Origin: an uncultured delta proteobacterium
GTDB lineage: Bacteria; Desulfobacterota; Binatia; UBA9968
Direction of reading: 5' to 3'
DNA length: 64,000 nucleotides
NCBI GenBank assembly: GCA_963840855.1
Contig: CAWJBB010000033.1
Span: 10,256-74,255, forward strand
The position numbers were made by a program, and so were the translations under genes. Each line of letters opens with the position of its first letter. Position 1 is the stretch's first letter. Of the stretch, positions 1 to 9,165 are shown piece after piece. Under the pieces are notes generated by a model. That model saw nothing but the letters and a program-made list of their open reading frames with translations, was not told where the DNA came from and ran no database searches.

Positions 1-422
1 ACGAACTGGCACTCCTCATGTTCCGGCAGCTGCTTGATTCCACGAAATATGAAGTCGAAATTATGTCCGACGAGACGCTTACATCCGAGGTTGTCGCCCT
101 GGTTGGCGAGAAGAATCCAGCTATGATTTGTATCGCAGCCGTACCGCCCGGCGGACTGGCCCAGACACGCTACCTCTGCAAGCGGCTGCGGGCCCGGTTT
201 CCCAATCTCAAGATTGCGGTCGGGAGATGGGGCACAGGAAGCGAAGATAGTAACAGTATCCTGCTCGCGGGCGCTGATAAGGTCGGGACTACTATGATTG
301 AGACACGCGAGCAGATGATTCAATTGAGCCAAATTAGCCCTCATCCCGAAGCACAGTACGGGGCGACGGCAGCTCCTTTCTCTCTTCCTGACGAAAAGCT
401 TGCTGCTGAATTTCTCTCCTGA
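1..422 (+). CDS. 3' part of a gene entering from upstream of the window, with a C-terminal B12-binding-like (flavodoxin/Rossmann-like) domain
   Basis: The frame is open from base 3 to the TGA at 420-422. The segment ...MICIAAVPPGGLAQTRYLCKRLRARFPNLKIAVGRWG... resembles the alpha/beta cobalamin-binding-type module found at C-termini of larger proteins. Assigned by eye only. Confidence 0.4.
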   Translation, partial: ELALLMFRQLLDSTKYEVEIMSDETLTSEVVALVGEKNPAMICIAAVPPGGLAQTRYLCKRLRARFPNLKIAVGRWGTGSEDSNSILLAGADKVGTTMIETREQMIQLSQISPHPEAQYGATAAPFSLPDEKLAAEFLS

Positions 423-603
423 GTAAACACTATATCTGAAGAATCCATACACTATGCCCCGAATAACGTCATTGATGTCCTCAGCCCTAACTAACCTCGC
501 CCGAGATAAAAAACCTTATTCTTCCACTTTTATCTACAATGGAGCTATTGGAAGCGCTAGCCGGAGAAAAAGAGAAAATCTCCTGCAGAAGGAGGTGAAC
601 AAC

Positions 604-759
604 ATGAATCTGACAAAAAACCTGGGAATGCTCTTGCTGGGCATATGGCTCATCGTAACAGGCCTACTGCAAGTGGTCAGCATCCCAATTCCAACCATCG
701 GTATTATACTGGCTCTGCTTGCTATCACTGCCGGTGTTTTGATCCTGGTGGGTCGGTAA
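604..759 (+). CDS. small (51 aa) two-helix membrane protein, possibly DUF3096-like
   Basis: ATG at 604 follows AAGGAGG (589-595). The product MNLTKNLGMLLLGIWLIVTGLLQVVSIPIPTIGIILALLAITAGVLILVGR is two hydrophobic helices. The longer 454..759 ORF has no RBS. Confidence 0.5.
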   Translation: MNLTKNLGMLLLGIWLIVTGLLQVVSIPIPTIGIILALLAITAGVLILVGR

Positions 760-868
760 GCTTTTGGGGGTTGGAGAGGCAAGAAAATTGCGTACTCGGA
801 ACCCCTTCGTCTTGTTTGGTCCGGGTGCGGCACTTTTGTTCTTATTCTTCCGGCCCCTGATGTGGTGG

Positions 869-3283
869 TCAGGAAATAGCACGAGCCGCAAGTCTTTCGC
901 CGGGAGAAAAACCACCCGGGGCTTCGGGCTCTAGGGCGAGCCGCAACGCCTCGTCCGCGGTTTTCAAAAACTCAAAGCGGATGTCCACGCGGCCAGCGGA
1001 GGGAATCTCTTCAATGTCTCTTCGGTTCCACTCGGGAAGCAACACGCAAGAGATGCCCGCTCTTTTTGCGGCCAGCACCTTCTCCTTGATGCCTCCTACC
1101 GGCAGTACTAAGCCCCGCAGACTGATCTCGCCCGTCATGGCGACATCTTTGCTGATGCGCTGTCCCGTTAGAAGTGAAACGAGAGCGACGAAGAGCGTGA
1201 TCCCAGCACTGGGGCCGTCCTTTGGGATAGCGCCCGCAGGAATATGAATGTGCAAGTCGTTCTTCTTGAAAATATCGGGATCGATTCCCAGTGTCTCCGC
1301 GCGTGATTTGACCAGGCTCAAAGCGGCCTGTGCGCTTTCTTTCATGACATCGCCAAGCTGGCCGGTTAAAATTAACTTGCCGTCTCCCGGCATCTTGGTC
1401 GCTTCGACAAATAAGATATCCCCGCCGAAGGGTGTCCAGGCCAAGCCGGTAGCCACACCCGGCAAGCTGGTGCGCAGGGCGATCTCGTTGAAGAATTTTG
1501 GCGGCCCCAGGTAGGCAGGGATGGATTCCGGCTTGACCGCGATCGTTTCATTAAAACCATCCGCGACGCGCGTTGCCACACTGCGGCAGACAGCTCCCAA
1601 CTCGCGCTCGAGTTGACGAACGCCGGCTTCGCGCGTATAGGAGCGAATAATTTCCCGAATGGCATTGTCAGTAAAATTAATATCGCCGGGTTTGAGGCCA
1701 TTTTCGGAAATCTGTCGAGGGACTAGGTATCCTTTTGCAATCGCCAGCTTGTCTTCCTCGATGTATCCCGGCAATTCCAAGATTTCCATTCGGTCACGCA
1801 GCGGGCCCGGAACCGTATCGAGCACGTTCGCCGTGGCGATGAACAATACCTGAGTTAGATCGAAGGGCATAGCGAGGTAATGGTCCTGAAAGGTTGAATT
1901 TTGCGAGGGGTCGAGGACCTCCAGCAAAGCGGCGGACGGATTGCCCTGAAAACTCGCGCTAAGCTTGTCGACTTCATCCAGCATGAAGACAGGATTGCGA
2001 CTGCCGGCCTTTTTAATCCCTTGAATAATATTTCCCGGCAGCGCTCCGATATAGGTGCGCCGATGCCCGCGAATATCCGCCTCGTCATGGACGCCGCCGA
2101 GACTTTGGCGCACGAACTTACGATTCATCGCCCGAGCGACGCTTTGCCCGAGCGAGGTCTTGCCTACTCCCGGAGGACCGACTAAGCACAGGATAGGGCT
2201 TTTTCCTTCCGGCATGAGTTTACGAACGGCGAGAAATTCGATAATGCGCTTCTTCACTTTTTCGAGACCGTAGTGGTCGGCGTCGAGAATCTCACGCGCC
2301 TTCGGAAGGTCGATTTCTTCTTTGGTGACAATGCTCCAAGGAAGCTCTACCAACCAGTCGAAGTAGGTTCTCAACAACGAGTGTTCAGGCGCCATCTCAG
2401 GAATACGCTCTAAACGAGTTAGTTCTTTTAGCGCTTCCTTCTCGACCTCAGGCGGCATTTTTGCCTCGTAGAGTTTTTTTCTTAGCTCTTCAATTTCGCC
2501 ACCTTTGCCATCCTCCTCGCCGAGTTCCTTGTGAATCGCCTTTAATTGTTCACGCAGGAAATACTGGCGCTGGGTTTTGTCCAGGGATTCCTTGGTGTTA
2601 TCGCCAATTTTCTTGCTCAGCTCCAGCAATTCGATCTGCCGCGCTAACTTTTCTGAAACCCTTTGGGCGCGCACCTCCGGGTCGAGTATTCCGAGGATTT
2701 CTTGTTTTTCGGCGGTTGGAAGGTCCAAAGTGGAAGCGACCATATCGATGACGGATAACGGATCTTCAATTCTTTCAATCATCGCTCTCAACTCGTTCAT
2801 GGGCTCAGAGAATAGCGACAAGGCCCGGGCTGCCTCTTGACGCAGACGCAATATTCTCGCCTCGAATTCCTTGGTCTGCGGTATCTTTTCTTCCACCATC
2901 GTGACGCGCGCGATGAGAACCGGATCGGTCTCGAGGAATTCGCCAATCTCAAAGCGGCGGCGGCCTTGCACGAGGACCTGACGCTGACCGTCCGGCAGGG
3001 TAAACAGTCTTAGAATATCCGCGGCGGTGCCGACTTCGTAAAGGTCTTTGGGCTCCGGCATTTCTATTTTCGGATCGCGTTGGACAACAAATCCAACCGG
3101 CACTTGTTGGCGAACCGCCTCCTCGACAGCGTGGCGCCTGGCCGGGCTACGGACCGAAAGCGGCATTATCATGGACGGGAAGAGCACCCGGTTGCGCATC
3201 GGTAGGATGACCAACGCTCCCTCGGGGATATTGAGGCGCTGCTTGGATTTAACGGATTCCTTTTCTTCTTCTTCAGTGTTCAT
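869..3283 (-). CDS. lon: ATP-dependent Lon protease (LonA type)
   Basis: 804 aa with an N-terminal LON domain, Walker A GPPGVGKTSLGQSVA, Walker B FMLDEVDK, and a protease domain with PKDGPSAGITL and the catalytic Ser. Confidence 0.97.
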   Translation of the reverse strand: MNTEEEEKESVKSKQRLNIPEGALVILPMRNRVLFPSMIMPLSVRSPARRHAVEEAVRQQVPVGFVVQRDPKIEMPEPKDLYEVGTAADILRLFTLPDGQRQVLVQGRRRFEIGEFLETDPVLIARVTMVEEKIPQTKEFEARILRLRQEAARALSLFSEPMNELRAMIERIEDPLSVIDMVASTLDLPTAEKQEILGILDPEVRAQRVSEKLARQIELLELSKKIGDNTKESLDKTQRQYFLREQLKAIHKELGEEDGKGGEIEELRKKLYEAKMPPEVEKEALKELTRLERIPEMAPEHSLLRTYFDWLVELPWSIVTKEEIDLPKAREILDADHYGLEKVKKRIIEFLAVRKLMPEGKSPILCLVGPPGVGKTSLGQSVARAMNRKFVRQSLGGVHDEADIRGHRRTYIGALPGNIIQGIKKAGSRNPVFMLDEVDKLSASFQGNPSAALLEVLDPSQNSTFQDHYLAMPFDLTQVLFIATANVLDTVPGPLRDRMEILELPGYIEEDKLAIAKGYLVPRQISENGLKPGDINFTDNAIREIIRSYTREAGVRQLERELGAVCRSVATRVADGFNETIAVKPESIPAYLGPPKFFNEIALRTSLPGVATGLAWTPFGGDILFVEATKMPGDGKLILTGQLGDVMKESAQAALSLVKSRAETLGIDPDIFKKNDLHIHIPAGAIPKDGPSAGITLFVALVSLLTGQRISKDVAMTGEISLRGLVLPVGGIKEKVLAAKRAGISCVLLPEWNRRDIEEIPSAGRVDIRFEFLKTADEALRLALEPEAPGGFSPGERLAARAIS

Positions 3284-3729
3284 GCATGTTTCCTTAGCTC
3301 GATGATCAGCAGGCCGTCTCGAAAAGAAATTTCTCCCACCGATAGAGCTTGTTCGTTTGGCACGAGCCTGAGTCGCCGGTCAAAGCGACCGAGCGGAATT
3401 TCCCATAGCTTTAGTTCTCCGTCGTAGCAGCATTTCGGCAGCGGCCGTTCGCCGGCGATGACCAGGTCGCGTCCCTCTAGCCGTACGTCGACCCGGTCAA
3501 CTGCGACTCCAGCGAGGGCCGAAATCACCCACAGGCATTCGTCCGTCTCGACGACGTTAACCGGAGGTTCCCAGCTTGGCGTTCTCCCACGGGAAGACCG
3601 ATAGCGAGCCCCGGCGGCGACTTGTAGGAAATTCCTACGGATCCGCTCTGCCTGCTGGAGCAGATCGTTAGCTCGCTGCCAGATTATGAAATCCCAATCA
3701 TGCGCTGACATAAAATCCGGACGCCCCAC
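3280..3729 (-). CDS. Hsp20/alpha-crystallin family small heat-shock protein
   Basis: Alpha-crystallin core WEPPVNVVETDECLWVISALAGVAVDRVDVRLEGRDLVIAGERP...GRFDRRLRLVP...ISFRDGLLIIELRK. The stop TGA overlaps the lon ATG (ATGA). The start is uncertain: GTG at 3729 or ATG at 3711. Confidence 0.8.
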   Translation of the reverse strand: MGRPDFMSAHDWDFIIWQRANDLLQQAERIRRNFLQVAAGARYRSSRGRTPSWEPPVNVVETDECLWVISALAGVAVDRVDVRLEGRDLVIAGERPLPKCCYDGELKLWEIPLGRFDRRLRLVPNEQALSVGEISFRDGLLIIELRKHA

Positions 3730-3926
3730 CTAATGCGGTCGCACATGCTGGTATTAATACGCCATAATTGTTTTCAGAACCGTCCAATATTAGACAGCAA
3801 TTCAACACAGGTCAGTGTAAATTCATAAGGATTCACGGCATAGGGTCTCACTTCGCGGTTACCTGAAATTCTTCAAGTAACCCTGCCATCCTCAACCCTC
3901 TAACCGGTCCGACCAAGGAGATTAAA

Positions 3927-4247
3927 ATGTACAGTCGAAACGTGAGTTTCAAACTCAAGGCCAAAAGCACGGCGGAGTTCACGCGTATTCTTGAGGGAGA
4001 GGTTATCCCATTGCTCCGAAGACAAAGGGGATTCGAGGATGAGATCAGCTTCATCGCTCCAGAACGCAACGAGGCAGTCGCCATCAGTCTTTGGCATAAG
4101 AAAGATGACGCGGAGACTTATCACCAGAAGACTTATCCTGAGGTCTTGAAGGCCCTGTCGAAGGTGATTGAAGGCACTCCCAAAGTGGAGATCTTTGAGG
4201 TTGGAAACTCCACCTCTCACCAGATCGCTGCTAGCGCGGTCAACTGA
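3927..4247 (+). CDS. small ABM/Dabb-fold (antibiotic-biosynthesis-monooxygenase-like) protein
   Basis: 106 aa. ATG at 3927 follows AAGGAG. The beta-alpha-beta pattern (VSFKLKA...FEDEISFIAPERNEAVAISLW...) is typical of ABM-domain proteins. Weak, by eye. Confidence 0.5.
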   Translation: MYSRNVSFKLKAKSTAEFTRILEGEVIPLLRRQRGFEDEISFIAPERNEAVAISLWHKKDDAETYHQKTYPEVLKALSKVIEGTPKVEIFEVGNSTSHQIAASAVN

Positions 4248-4310
4248 CAGGGTTTGGAGAGAGGCAGCAATTCCTCTCTGGATCGTACTTTTGCAATGCC
4301 AGAGGTTTTT

Positions 4311-4589
4311 ATGAATCTCATAATCCAAATATTAGTGGGAGCACTTACCGGTTGGTTGACGGGAAAAGTGGTCGAGGTGGAGGCTCGCGTAAACGTTGTG
4401 AAAGAGGGACATGTTTTGGACACGTTCTATGGGATCATCGGTGCCTTGATCGGGAAGCATCTGTTTTTCTGGATCGTTATCGGCAAGGGTAGCACCATGA
4501 GCGATCTCTTAACTGCGATCCTTGGCTCAATCACCGTCGTGGGAGCAGCTCGGCTGCTAACCGACCGGTGGCGCCGCGTCCAATCTTGA
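4311..4589 (+). CDS. GlsB/YeaQ/YmgE family stress-response membrane protein
   Basis: ATG at 4311 follows AGAGG (4301-4305). The product MNLIIQILVGALTGWLTGKVV...FYGIIGALIGKHLF...ILGSITVVGAARLL has the Gly-rich three-helix pattern of this family. Confidence 0.7.
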   Translation: MNLIIQILVGALTGWLTGKVVEVEARVNVVKEGHVLDTFYGIIGALIGKHLFFWIVIGKGSTMSDLLTAILGSITVVGAARLLTDRWRRVQS

Positions 4590-4816
4590 GAGACGAATAT
4601 TATTCCCAAACCCCTCGGGACGTACCGCACTTTCGCATCATGGCGGATCCAACCGGAAGCAAAGCAGCCCCATCCTGCCTGGACAAAGCGCCGGTTAAGG
4701 GATAGTGTCATTCGCGGGCGTCAACCACCGAGGTTTCGCGCCCAACACTAAGTGACCGACCGAGCCCCACAGCCAGACGACCGTTGTAATCATCGTGGGC
4801 ATTGAAAGGAGACACG

Positions 4817-5498
4817 ATGACGATTCAACAAACTCCTCAAGCGGACGAGTTCAAGCGACAGTTACGCGATTCGTTGCAGCGCGAGACCTTCAGTAGCCAC
4901 GCGACCAGGATCGAGCGTCATTCGAACGTCTACACCTGCGGCGATCATGACGATATGGTCTATTTCATCGAGAGCGGTCAGATCAAGCTGTTGATGCTCT
5001 CCCGAAGGCAGAGAATGCCTTCTTGCCATCCATAGCGGCGGCGATATTTTCGGCGAGTTGTCTTTGTCCGGATTAGGCGCGCGCCTGGAAACGGCTACGG
5101 CGATGAAAGCGACGACCGTAAAACAAATACCCTGCGCTCAGTTTTTTGCGTATCTAAGCCGCGACTCGCTGTTCGAAGGCTTCGTGCGCTACCTGGCGGT
5201 GCGCATCGCCGACCAACAGCAGGTCATCGCCAACCTGGTGACGGTGGACAGCGAACAACGACTGGGGAAAACGCTGTTGCAGTTGGCTCGCACAATGGGC
5301 AAGAAAGACCCGCGCAGCATTCGTATCGAGCTGAAAATTTCACATGAAGAATTGTCCGAGATGGTGGGAACGACGCGGCCGCGGATCAGTTTGTTTATGC
5401 AAAGATTTCACAACCTTGGACTGATAGAGACGAATAAAGATCGCTTCCTCGTCATCAAAGAAAACAAGCTCACCGAATATCTGGCTCAGATCGCCTAA
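4817..5498 (+). pseudogene. Crp/Fnr family transcriptional regulator, frame broken once (as assembled)
   Basis: ATG at 4817 follows AAGGAG. The cNMP-binding part ...VYFIESGQIKLLMLS stops at 5035, and the continuation (P)EGRECLLAIHSGGDIFGELS... plus the C-terminal HTH (SHEELSEMVGTTRPRISLFMQRF) lie in the +1 frame. The shift maps to the C-run at 5001-5003. Confidence 0.8.
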
Positions 5499-5582
5499 CG
5501 TGTCCGTGCGGCTGCGCAAACCACATTCTCCATTCGTTCTAAAGTTGTTCAGCATTAGGCAGCTATTCCATTCGCGCTGGTC

Positions 5583-6206
5583 CTACCTGCCAGCCAAGCG
5601 CACAGTGCTCGCCTGGGGCCCTTTTTCTCCCGCTGCCTCGGCGAAATACACTTCCGTCCCCACCTCCAATTGGTCGAAGCCGGGTTGCAGCACGCTATTC
5701 TTGTGAAAATAGATCTCACGTCCATCTGGAGTTTCCAAAAATCCGTAATCCTCTTCGAGAAAAAGTTTTGTCACCCGCGCCAGCGGCGCAGGCTCATGAA
5801 CTTTGACCTTGCCGCGCCGCTTGCGCGCATAGTCTTGAAGTTTTCGCCCCGCCGAATTGAAGGCGTCGCGAATGGCGACGTAGACATCTTCGTGGGCGGC
5901 ATGTTTGCTCGGTTCGTGGCTTTCGGTCAGATCTTTGCCGGCGAGTTCCAGTTCGCGGAGCCTGACTGCGCTTAAGCGCTTGGGCGTGCGATTGACCACC
6001 AGCTCACCGCCGGGAACCGTGAGATCGATGCGAACCTGGTAGGCTTTCCCTTTATGGTGATGGCGGTGCGGCGCTTCGACCACCACGTGACAGCCCATGA
6101 TTCTGTCATAGTAAGAATCTAGCTTTGCGGCTTTTTCTCGGACAGTTTCTTCGATAGCGGGCGAGTGCGGCATATTGCGAAACGTGATCTGCAGGGGATT
6201 TACCAT
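5583..6206 (-). CDS. HPF/RaiA (S30EA) ribosome-associated domain fused to a C-terminal cold-shock-like (CSD/S1-like) domain
   Basis: N-terminus: LQITFRNMPHSPAIEETVREKAAKLDSYYDRIMGCHVVVEAP...YQVRIDLTVPG is the RaiA/HPF fold. C-terminus: GFLETPDGREIYFHKNSVLQPGFDQLEVGTEVYFAEAAGEKGPQASTV has the CSD pattern. GGAGGAG RBS. Confidence 0.7.
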   Translation of the reverse strand: MVNPLQITFRNMPHSPAIEETVREKAAKLDSYYDRIMGCHVVVEAPHRHHHKGKAYQVRIDLTVPGGELVVNRTPKRLSAVRLRELELAGKDLTESHEPSKHAAHEDVYVAIRDAFNSAGRKLQDYARKRRGKVKVHEPAPLARVTKLFLEEDYGFLETPDGREIYFHKNSVLQPGFDQLEVGTEVYFAEAAGEKGPQASTVRLAGR

Positions 6207-6572
6207 AGGTTAGTCTCCTCCGCGTGTTATGTTGGCTCGTCGGCTTCGCGTTCCCGACCGCCGATCGGAACGGCAAGAGATATGCCATCGACTGCCTCCC
6301 GCGCTGCGGTAATCCATTGATGCTCTGGCGCTCTCGCATACGCAGTCCCGGTCCCGGGGAGTTTCTTCCAAAGGCCGAGAAAACGCGACGGCGTTATTCT
6401 CAACCATGAATATGCATTCTCTCCGTTGAGGTTAGTCTCTCATCTTTATTAAGACAAATAAATAGGAAAATGCCACTGAGCGTTGATTCGGCAGCGGGCA
6501 TAATAATTGCGCGTGCTTAGTGGACGAGAACCTCCATTCGGGCCATCCCTACAACGACAATGCGGAGGGAGC

Positions 6573-6609
6573 GTTCAAAGTTCAAGGTACAACGTTCAAG
6601 GTTTCAAGC
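6573..6609. repeat. tandem GTTCAARG units overlapping the 3' end of the bpt-like gene
   Basis: gttcaaagttcaaggtacaacgttcaaggtttcaagc. On the minus strand it encodes the last 8 residues (..RLETLNVVP*) and the stop. Confidence 0.75.
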
Positions 6610-7277
6610 CGTGACTGTGAAGGCGAGACAAAAGGCTTCCATCCCGAGTCCCATTCCAGATACTCCAATCCGGCAAATCGCTTTTTGTAATCGTACGCGA
6701 ATGGTTCCCGGTAAGCGTAGCCTGGATAATAGTAGTGACACCCGCGCTCGCGGGAAAAGCGGATCGAATGAAGCATCATCAAAATGCCCAAGCTCCTCTT
6801 GGCCTGTGCTGGATCGAAGACAGCGTACACCGCCGAAGTCGCGGTTTCTCCCACATCCAGGAACGTGACCCCGACGAGTTTGTCGCCGACATAAACCGAT
6901 AATTCCAGATTCGGACAGGGCACGGCAGCGGGAACGGGCGACAAGAAGTCGTGGAGAGAGGAGGGGATGTTTTCCGTGAAGCGCAGCCTGTGTTTGGCGA
7001 AGAGATCCTCCTTCGCCTCGTCGATTGATGACGCGCCGATAACGAGCTGGGTATCGTGATTGTTCCTGAGCACGCGCTTTTGACCGCGGCTAAGGCTGAA
7101 CCGGTTGAGATCGATACGCAAGGGAAGAACATTAAACTCTACGTCGTCATGCATCGAGGTCCGGTACTGAAAGAAAAAGATACCGAAGTGGCGCCACCCC
7201 TCGGCCCAGAGACGATCCATCTCAGCCGGCGGTACACACAAACAAAGGAAGTTTTGCTGGCGGTTCGAGGTTCCCAT
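6582..7277 (-). CDS. bpt: arginyl/leucyl-tRNA--protein transferase family protein (Bpt/ATE-like)
   Basis: 231 aa from the ATG at 7277. Motifs GWRHFG..FFQY, RIDLNRFSLSRGQKRVLRNN, SAVYAVFDP...SLGILMMLHSI...YYYPGYAY...YDYKKRFAGLEYL match the ATE_N/ATE_C pattern. The track ORF extends to 7877 only as an overlap artefact. Confidence 0.7.
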   Translation of the reverse strand: MGTSNRQQNFLCLCVPPAEMDRLWAEGWRHFGIFFFQYRTSMHDDVEFNVLPLRIDLNRFSLSRGQKRVLRNNHDTQLVIGASSIDEAKEDLFAKHRLRFTENIPSSLHDFLSPVPAAVPCPNLELSVYVGDKLVGVTFLDVGETATSAVYAVFDPAQAKRSLGILMMLHSIRFSRERGCHYYYPGYAYREPFAYDYKKRFAGLEYLEWDSGWKPFVSPSQSRLETLNVVP

Positions 7278-8689
7278 CACGACGAAAAGAACCTTCCGTA
7301 TTTCTTTGCCACCTGCGCTTTCATTTTGGCGCTTGAGCCCGAGGCGAGCGGAAAATCTTTTATCCATTCGTAGGGCCGCGTCGCATCGATGATCGCGCGA
7401 GTGCTGAAGCCCTTTTTGTCTTTCGGTATCACCGGATCGAGGGGACCGCTCCAGGCGCGGCGGATAAAGTCGGTATCGTTGGCAGGGTCCGATCTGGTGC
7501 ACATGGCCCAGAGCACATCGTTCATATCGTAGGGATCGATATCGTCGTCCACGACAACGATGTAGCGTCCCAGGTACGCGCCGGCGCCGCACTGGGCCGC
7601 GATGACACCGGCTTGCTTGGCATGTCCTGGATAACGCTGCTTGATCGACACTGCGGTAAAAAAACGGCCTTGGAAACAAGCGACGCCGCGTATATCCGGC
7701 ACGCCGGCTTTCTCCAAATGATCCCATATAAACGCCGAGCGTACTAGGTTGTCGTCGGAACCGCCAGGAGGCCGCGACGATGGCGCGCCAGTGAGGATCG
7801 GATTGTTGCGGTGCATCAAACGTTTCACTTTGATAATCGGTTCGGTGCGCTCGCCGCTGGCGTAGTAACCAGTCCACTCGCCGTAGGGGCCTTCACGCCG
7901 TTGCTGATCGGATAAACATTCTCCTTCGATGGTGATTTCAGAATAGGCGGGAAACGGCAGACCCGCATGTTTGCCGAGGATGACATCGACCGCCTGGCCG
8001 CGGATTCCCCCAGCGTAATCGTACTCCGATTTACCCCACGGCAGACTATTGGCCGCGGCGGTCAGCAGCAGCGGATCGTCGCCGAAGCTTATCGCCACGG
8101 GGCAGGGGCGGCCTTGGTCGAAGTATTTCTGGCGGATAATCCGGCCCTGTTTTCCCGGCGAGATATAGAGCGCCAGCGTGTCACGATCGTGCACCATGAC
8201 GCGGTAGCAGCCGATGTTGACCCAGCCTTCGTCGATATCGCGGGTAATGACGAGGTGGGCCGTGCCGATATATCGGCCGCCGTCCTCTTCATGCCAGTGC
8301 GGCACCGGCAAAGAGAAGAGGTCGATGTCCTCGCCTTCGTAAACATTTTCCAGCACCGGTCCTGTCTCGACCACCCGCGGCGGGATGTACTGCGGGTTGT
8401 TCAAGCGTTTGCGCCACGCTTGAATAAACTGGTTACGATCATAATCGAGCGGCAGGTGGGTCGTCAGACATTGGCGTTTAAGCGACTGATGGTGGACGCC
8501 GACGAGCACCCGGTGACCCGCGGGATAGTCTTTGATCTTGTCGAAGAGAATCGCCGAATAGGGCGGATTGCGCGCGTATACTTCGGTGACCGCGCCCATT
8601 TCGTATTGCCAATCCACGCCGTCGACATGTCTCAGCTCACCGAACTCGTCAACTCTATCCATCCAGCCGCGTAAATCGTTATATAGCAT
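7277..8689 (-). CDS. UbiD family (prFMN-dependent) aromatic acid decarboxylase
   Basis: About 470 aa with UbiD-type sequence throughout (LRGWMDRVDEFGELRHV...GGRYIGT...DIDPYDMNDVLWAMCTRSDP). ATG at 8689 follows AAGGACAAAAGG. The stop TGA shares its A with the bpt ATG (TGATG). Confidence 0.9.
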   Translation of the reverse strand: MLYNDLRGWMDRVDEFGELRHVDGVDWQYEMGAVTEVYARNPPYSAILFDKIKDYPAGHRVLVGVHHQSLKRQCLTTHLPLDYDRNQFIQAWRKRLNNPQYIPPRVVETGPVLENVYEGEDIDLFSLPVPHWHEEDGGRYIGTAHLVITRDIDEGWVNIGCYRVMVHDRDTLALYISPGKQGRIIRQKYFDQGRPCPVAISFGDDPLLLTAAANSLPWGKSEYDYAGGIRGQAVDVILGKHAGLPFPAYSEITIEGECLSDQQRREGPYGEWTGYYASGERTEPIIKVKRLMHRNNPILTGAPSSRPPGGSDDNLVRSAFIWDHLEKAGVPDIRGVACFQGRFFTAVSIKQRYPGHAKQAGVIAAQCGAGAYLGRYIVVVDDDIDPYDMNDVLWAMCTRSDPANDTDFIRRAWSGPLDPVIPKDKKGFSTRAIIDATRPYEWIKDFPLASGSSAKMKAQVAKKYGRFFSS

Positions 8690-9026
8690 CCTTTTGTCCT
8701 TTCGGTTTGTTATCAAAAACCCGCATTTCCCTGAGTGAACTTAGTTGTCAGCAATTTTATAGAGTCTCGTGGCGGTTTTTCAACTATTTGCCGCCGGTCA
8801 TCATCGGTCATGCCTGTTAGACATTGGTTTACGAAATTCTTGAGAGTCCGCGCTGATAAGGCCGACGCGAATTTCCATATCAGTTCCTTGACTCCAAACT
8901 ATTTGTAGTCCACGGCTCACCCGCCTAATCGTACGGCGTCTCGTACCTAAGTTTGTAGTGCAAACAGTTAGGAGGAGCCAAATGTTCTAAGATTATGCAA
9001 ACAGGCGGGTTAAAAGCTCCAATATT

Positions 9027-9063
9027 GTTCAAGACCTTTTGAACGGCTTAAACGACTTGAACG
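9027..9063. repeat. GTTCAAG/CTTGAAC inverted repeat about 100 nt downstream of TctC paralog I
   Basis: gttcaagaccttttgaacggcttaaacgacttgaac. GTTCAAG at the left end pairs with CTTGAAC at the right end, and there is an inner GTTCAA/TTGAAC pair. Confidence 0.6.
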
Positions 9064-9165
9064 TCGCGAACCGCGTTTGATGGCCCGCCGAGGTTTACTT
9101 GGCCTTGGCTCCGTCGTGCTTTTGCATCGATGCACGAGTAATGCGGGCTGGAGGTTCGTTCCAGT

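Noticed and set aside
3840-3885. A CTTGAA...CCCTAT pair on the minus strand upstream of hsp20, as a possible sigma-32 heat-shock promoter.
   Set aside because: The spacing between the two boxes is about 25 nt, against the expected 13-17 nt. No CIRCE or HAIR operator was seen either.
6582-7877. A 431-aa ORF on the minus strand that would overlap the 3' 600 nt of the UbiD gene.
   Set aside because: Only the last 231 residues (from the ATG at 7277) have Bpt/ATE-like sequence. The first 200 are Arg/Pro-rich out-of-frame read-through of the UbiD coding region, typical of GC-rich DNA.
8970-8990. A perfect AGGAGG, then a 6-nt spacer, then the two-codon mini-ORF ATG TTC TAA on the plus strand.
   Set aside because: No downstream plus-strand gene exists that it could regulate, since both neighbours are on the minus strand. 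There are no associated attenuator structures, so it is most likely a chance occurrence.
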